Shown here one piece after another: positions 57,238-64,000 of a stretch of DNA of 64,000 nt; the first letter of the stretch is position 1; the number at the start of each line of letters is the position of its first letter. The notes beneath the pieces are model-generated. The model did no database searches and was not told the DNA's origin. It saw only the letters and a list, made by a program, of their open reading frames with translations. A program made the position numbers and the translations under genes. The DNA comes from Candidatus Eiseniibacteriota bacterium (GTDB taxonomy: Bacteria; Eisenbacteria; RBG-16-71-46), in assembly GCA_963717935.1 (NCBI GenBank), contig CAVQXP010000004.1, forward strand, positions 1,024,001 through 1,088,000. Reading direction: 5' to 3'.

Positions 57238-57688
57238 CCCGCGCGGGCTCACGGGCGTGGCCGTGCCGCTGCGCGCCGCCGTGCTGGCGGCGCTGGCGCT
57301 CGAGGGTCGCAGGCCCGGCGAGGTCGCGGTGGTGCTCGCCGACGACGCGAAGCTGCGCGACCTGAATCGGCAGTGGCGCGGCCTCGACCGCGCGACCGAC
57401 GTGCTCTCGTTCGGCTACGACGACGGCGCGGGGGACGTCGTGGACGGCGACATCGTGGTCTCGCTCGAGCGCGTGCGCGAGCAGGCGAAGCGGTTCCGCG
57501 TGAGCCCGGGCCGGGAGCTGGCCCGCGTGGTGCTCCACGGGGCGTTCCACCTGGCGGGGCTCGACCACCAGGGCGGTGCCGAGCGCCGGCGCATGCGCGC
57601 CCGCGAGGACCGGGTCCTGCGCGCCGCCCGCGAGGCGATCGCGGATCTGGATGCGGCGCTGAAGCGGCAGGCGGCCGCGAGGGGCTGA
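57218..57688 (+). CDS. ybeY: rRNA maturation endoribonuclease YbeY
   Basis: LNRQWRG...TDVLSF, GDIVVS, HGAFHLAGLDH. Confidence 0.95.
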   Translation: MPVSVVSPRGLTGVAVPLRAAVLAALALEGRRPGEVAVVLADDAKLRDLNRQWRGLDRATDVLSFGYDDGAGDVVDGDIVVSLERVREQAKRFRVSPGRELARVVLHGAFHLAGLDHQGGAERRRMRAREDRVLRAAREAIADLDAALKRQAAARG

Positions 57689-57787
57689 AGCGGAGCCAGG
57701 CCCCGCCGCCACCACTACCGCCGACCGTCCGGCAGCGGCGCCCCCGCCGGGTTGACCGCGACGGGTCCATCGTAGACTCTCCCGAGC

Positions 57788-58498
57788 ATGGATACGCCGC
57801 AGATCGAGCCTCCGCGCCGTTTCACGGCCGCCGGGCGGCTGCGCAACTACCTCATCGCGGGCCTGCTCGCGCTCGCGCCCACGGCCATCACGCTGTGGGT
57901 GCTCGTCGTGCTCCTCAACTGGACGGACAACCTGCTCGGGCGCTACCTGCGCTTCCATGTGCTCGGCGACCATCGCATCCCCGGGCTGGGCCTGGTGGCC
58001 ACGTTCGTCCTGCTGCTCATCGTGGGCTGGCTGGTCACCGTCATCGGCCGCTGGCTGGGCGGCCGGCCGATGCTCAGCATGTGGGACCATCTCCTGAGCC
58101 GCATCCCCGGCGTGGGCCTCCTCTACGGCTCGACCAAGTCCTTCGGCGAGGCGTTCTTCATGGGCCGGGAGAGCACGTTCAAGCAGGTGGTGCTGGTGCC
58201 CTGGCCCTCGCCCGGGATCTACCGCATCGGCTTCATCGCGGCGCGCCCGGGCCCGGCCGTGCGCCGGCACCTCGGGGACGACGTCGAGGTCGTGTTCATG
58301 CCGCACACGCCGAACCCGGCCTCCGGCTTCGTCCACTACGTGCCGCGCGCCCAACTCATCTACCTCGACTGGGCGGTGGAGGACGGGCTCAAGGTCATCG
58401 TCTCGGGCGGCGTGCTGCAGCCGGGCGAGTTCGCCGCGGCGGTCGCCCGCGACGCCGCGCCCGCCCCGCCCCAGGAGAGCCCCGGTGGCGCTCGCTAG
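57788..58498 (+). CDS. DUF502 membrane protein
   Basis: NYLIAGLL, RIPGVGLLY, FKQVVLVPWP, FMPHTPNPASG. Confidence 0.9.
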   Translation: MDTPQIEPPRRFTAAGRLRNYLIAGLLALAPTAITLWVLVVLLNWTDNLLGRYLRFHVLGDHRIPGLGLVATFVLLLIVGWLVTVIGRWLGGRPMLSMWDHLLSRIPGVGLLYGSTKSFGEAFFMGRESTFKQVVLVPWPSPGIYRIGFIAARPGPAVRRHLGDDVEVVFMPHTPNPASGFVHYVPRAQLIYLDWAVEDGLKVIVSGGVLQPGEFAAAVARDAAPAPPQESPGGAR

Positions 58499-59261
58499 CG
58501 CCGAGGGGGTCGTCCTCAAGACGCACGCGCTCGGCGACACGAGCCGCATCGTCGTGGTCTACACGCGCGAGCACGGCATGGTGCGCCTGGTGGCGAAGGG
58601 CGCGCGGAAGACGCCGAGCCGGTTCGGCTACGCGCTCGAGCCGCTCTCGCGCGGGCGCTACGTCTACTACTACAAGCCCGACCGCGACCTGCACCTGCTG
58701 TCGCAGGCGGACACGCTTGCGGCGACCGGCAGCCGGCTCACGGACCTCACGCGGCTCGCGCACGCCGAGGCGGCGCTCGAGCTCATCGACCGGCTGGTGT
58801 GGGGCGAGGAGCCGCACGCGGAGCTCTACGACCTGCTCGTGCGGGTGCTCGAGGCCGTGGTCGTGGCGCCCGAGGCGGCTCTGTCCGCCATCACCATCGC
58901 CTTCGAGCTGCAGGTGGCGAGCCTGCTCGGCTACCGCCCGCGGCTCGACGCCTGCGCCCAGTGCGCCAGCCCGCTCTCGCACGAGCTCCTGTTCTCGCCC
59001 GCGCGCGGCGGCATGCTCTGCGACTGCTGCGCCGCCGGGGGCGGCGTGGTGAAGCTCTCGGCCGATGCGCTGGCCGGGCTCTCGCTGCTGCTCTCGCGCC
59101 CGGTGGGCGAGGCGGGCGACTACGTCGAGGTGAAGCGTGCGGGCGAGATCCTGTGCGTCATCGAAGCCTTCCTGCGTCACCACTTCCACCGCTTCCAGGG
59201 CCTGCGCTCGCTCGAGTTGCTGCGCGCGCTGCAGGGCCCCGGCTCTTCGGAGGCTGCCTGA
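58485..59261 (+). CDS. recO: DNA repair protein RecO
   Basis: EGVVLK...[25 protein letters not shown]...GGMLCDCC zinc finger; upstream of glyQ. Confidence 0.95.
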   Translation: MALASAEGVVLKTHALGDTSRIVVVYTREHGMVRLVAKGARKTPSRFGYALEPLSRGRYVYYYKPDRDLHLLSQADTLAATGSRLTDLTRLAHAEAALELIDRLVWGEEPHAELYDLLVRVLEAVVVAPEAALSAITIAFELQVASLLGYRPRLDACAQCASPLSHELLFSPARGGMLCDCCAAGGGVVKLSADALAGLSLLLSRPVGEAGDYVEVKRAGEILCVIEAFLRHHFHRFQGLRSLELLRALQGPGSSEAA

Positions 59262-60279
59262 TGGCCCTTGAGCCCGCCCGCTCGCTGCAGGAGATGATGC
59301 TCGCGCTCGAGACGTACTGGGCCGAGCGGGGCTGCACCATCCAGCAGCCCTATCCGTCCGAGGTCGGCGCCGGAACCTTCAACCCGGCGACCTTCCTGCG
59401 CTCGCTCGGTCCCGAGCCCTGGCGTGTCGCCTACGTCGAGCCCTCGCGCCGTCCCAAGGACGGGCGCTACGGCGAGAACCCGAATCGCTTCCAGCAGTTC
59501 TTCCAGTACCAGGTGCTGCTGAAGCCCTCGCCGATCGACGTGGTCGAGCAGTACTTCGACTCGCTGCGCGCGCTCGGCATCGACCCCGTGGAGCACGACC
59601 TCCGGCTGGTCGAGGACGACTGGGAGTCGCCGACGCTGGGCGCGGCGGGCGTGGGCTGGCAGGTGTGGATGGACGGCCAGGAGATCTCGCAGTTCACCTA
59701 CTTCCAGCAGTGCGGCGGCATCGAGCTGCCCGTGGTCTCGGCCGAGCTGACCTACGGCCTCGACCGCATCGGCATGATGCTGCAGGGCACCGACCGCGCG
59801 CAGGATCTGGTGTGGTCACCGGGACGCCGCGACGACGGCGGGCGCGTCCTGGCGGACGCGGTCAGCTGGGGCGATCTGTGGCTGCGCAACGAGTGGGAGT
59901 GGTCGCACTACAACTTCGAGCAGGCGCCGGTGGACGCCTGGTTCGAGATGTTCAAGATCTGGGAGGGCGAGGCCGTCCGGCTGCTCGACCTCAGGCTGGT
60001 GAACCCCGGCTACGATGCGGTCATCAAGTGCTCGCACGCCTTCAACCTGCTGGACGCGCGTGGCGCGATCTCGGTGAGCGAGCGTGTCGGCTACATCGGG
60101 CGGGTGCGCAAGCTGGCGCGCAGGGCCGCGGTGGCCTACACGAAGCTGCGCGAGGAGCTGGGCTACCCGCTCATCAAGGACGAAGTGGAGCGCGCGAAGT
60201 GGGTGAAGCCGGCGGAGGCGGAGGCCGGCACCGGGGACGTGCCGAAGCCGGCGAAGAAGAGCCGGAAGGAGACCCGGTC

Positions 60280-60283
<4 letters not shown>
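59261..60283 (+). CDS. glyQ: Glycine--tRNA ligase alpha subunit
   Basis: [45 protein letters not shown]. Confidence 0.97.
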
Positions 60284-63131
<2,848 letters not shown>

Positions 63132-63223
63132 CCGGGACGCCTCCTCCGGCCGACCCCCACGGGACGCCCGATGCCCCTCCAGCGCCACGTCTGCGCTCGT
63201 CCCGGGCATGGAGAGGTCGTGTG

Positions 63224-64000
63224 ATGGACACCACCGGGCGGGTCTCGCGGGCCCGCTGGCTGTCGGCCTACGCCGCCGTGTGCCTGTTCTGGGGCGGCAC
63301 CTACCTCGGCATCAAGTTCGCGATCGAGTCCATCCCGCCGCTGCTGATGGCGAGCCTGCGCTACCTCCTCGCCGGGGCGCTGGTTCTCGTCTGGTCGTGG
63401 GCGCGCGCGGGCGAGCGCCCGACCGCCCGCCACTGGGGCGGCGCGGCCGTGGTGGGCGGGCTGATGCTGTTCGGCGGCAACGGCGGCGTGTGCTGGGCCG
63501 AGCAGCGCGTTCCATCGGGCACCGCCTCGCTGGTCATCGCACTCGTGCCGCTGTTCATGGTGCTGATCGAGGCGCTGCGTCCGGGCGGCCAGCACCCGGG
63601 GCCCCGGGAATTCGCCGGCATCGGGCTCGGGCTCGCCGGTCTGGCGCTGCTGGTCGGACCCGAGCAGATGGTGGGGGCGGGCCGCATCGACCCGCTTGGC
63701 GCGCTGGTCCTGGTGGGGGCGACGCTGAGCTGGGCGGCGGGCTCGATCCACTCGCGGCACGCCTCACTGCCGTCCTCGCCCCTGCTGGCGACGGCGCTCC
63801 AGATGCTCGCCGGTGGCGCCATCCTGCTGGTCGCGGGGCTCGTGGCCGGGGAGGGCGCGCGCTTCCACCTCCAGGCCGTGACGCTCCGCTCGTGGCTGGC
63901 CATGGGCTACCTGGTGGTCTGCGGCTCGATCGTGGCGTTGACGGCCTACGTCTGGCTGCTGCGGGTCAGCCCCCCGGCCAAGGTCGCGAGCTACACCTAT
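63224..64000 (+). CDS. EamA/DMT-family transporter (YedA-like), runs off the window
   Basis: Manual translation: VCLFWGGTYLGIKFAIESIPPLLMASLRY, GGNGGVCWAEQRVPSG, GSIVALTAYVWLL. Confidence 0.92.
   Translation, partial: MDTTGRVSRARWLSAYAAVCLFWGGTYLGIKFAIESIPPLLMASLRYLLAGALVLVWSWARAGERPTARHWGGAAVVGGLMLFGGNGGVCWAEQRVPSGTASLVIALVPLFMVLIEALRPGGQHPGPREFAGIGLGLAGLALLVGPEQMVGAGRIDPLGALVLVGATLSWAAGSIHSRHASLPSSPLLATALQMLAGGAILLVAGLVAGEGARFHLQAVTLRSWLAMGYLVVCGSIVALTAYVWLLRVSPPAKVASYTY

Overview
A 64-kb window of very GC-rich bacterial chromosome from a diderm organism (TonB-dependent receptor, outer-membrane porin, lipoprotein). Gene content is reminiscent of FCB-group candidate phyla such as Ca. Eisenbacteria, but that is only my inference. 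Core genes: vanZ-hisS-aspS, phoH-7TM/HD-ybeY-DUF502-recO-glyQ-glyS, pyrR and tRNA-Lys(CTT). Accessory blocks: (1) a PAS hybrid kinase with a degenerate ATP-binding domain; (2) a TonB receptor; (3) an MtrA/MtrB-like porin-cytochrome conduit with a hexaheme lipoprotein; (4) a diguanylate cyclase-CapK-flippase-GT polysaccharide module; (5) an NRAMP-like/MgtE-cytosolic/36-aa peptide operon; (6) a PTS EIIA gene co-transcribed with three complex-I/Hyf-like membrane subunits that appear to lack the conserved pumping residues; (7) a decayed integrative element at tRNA-Lys; (8) seven GT-C-type membrane glycosyltransferases; (9) an ECF sigma/anti-sigma locus with three DUF4097 genes and matching divergent promoters. 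There is also a ~200-nt structured ncRNA candidate (possibly 6S) upstream of phoH, and 5' gene scars (PP-loop, clpB) in front of accessory genes. The best candidate for an undescribed system is the EIIA plus degenerate antiporter-like module at 20.5-24.2 kb. All calls come from reading motifs by eye; no database searches were run.
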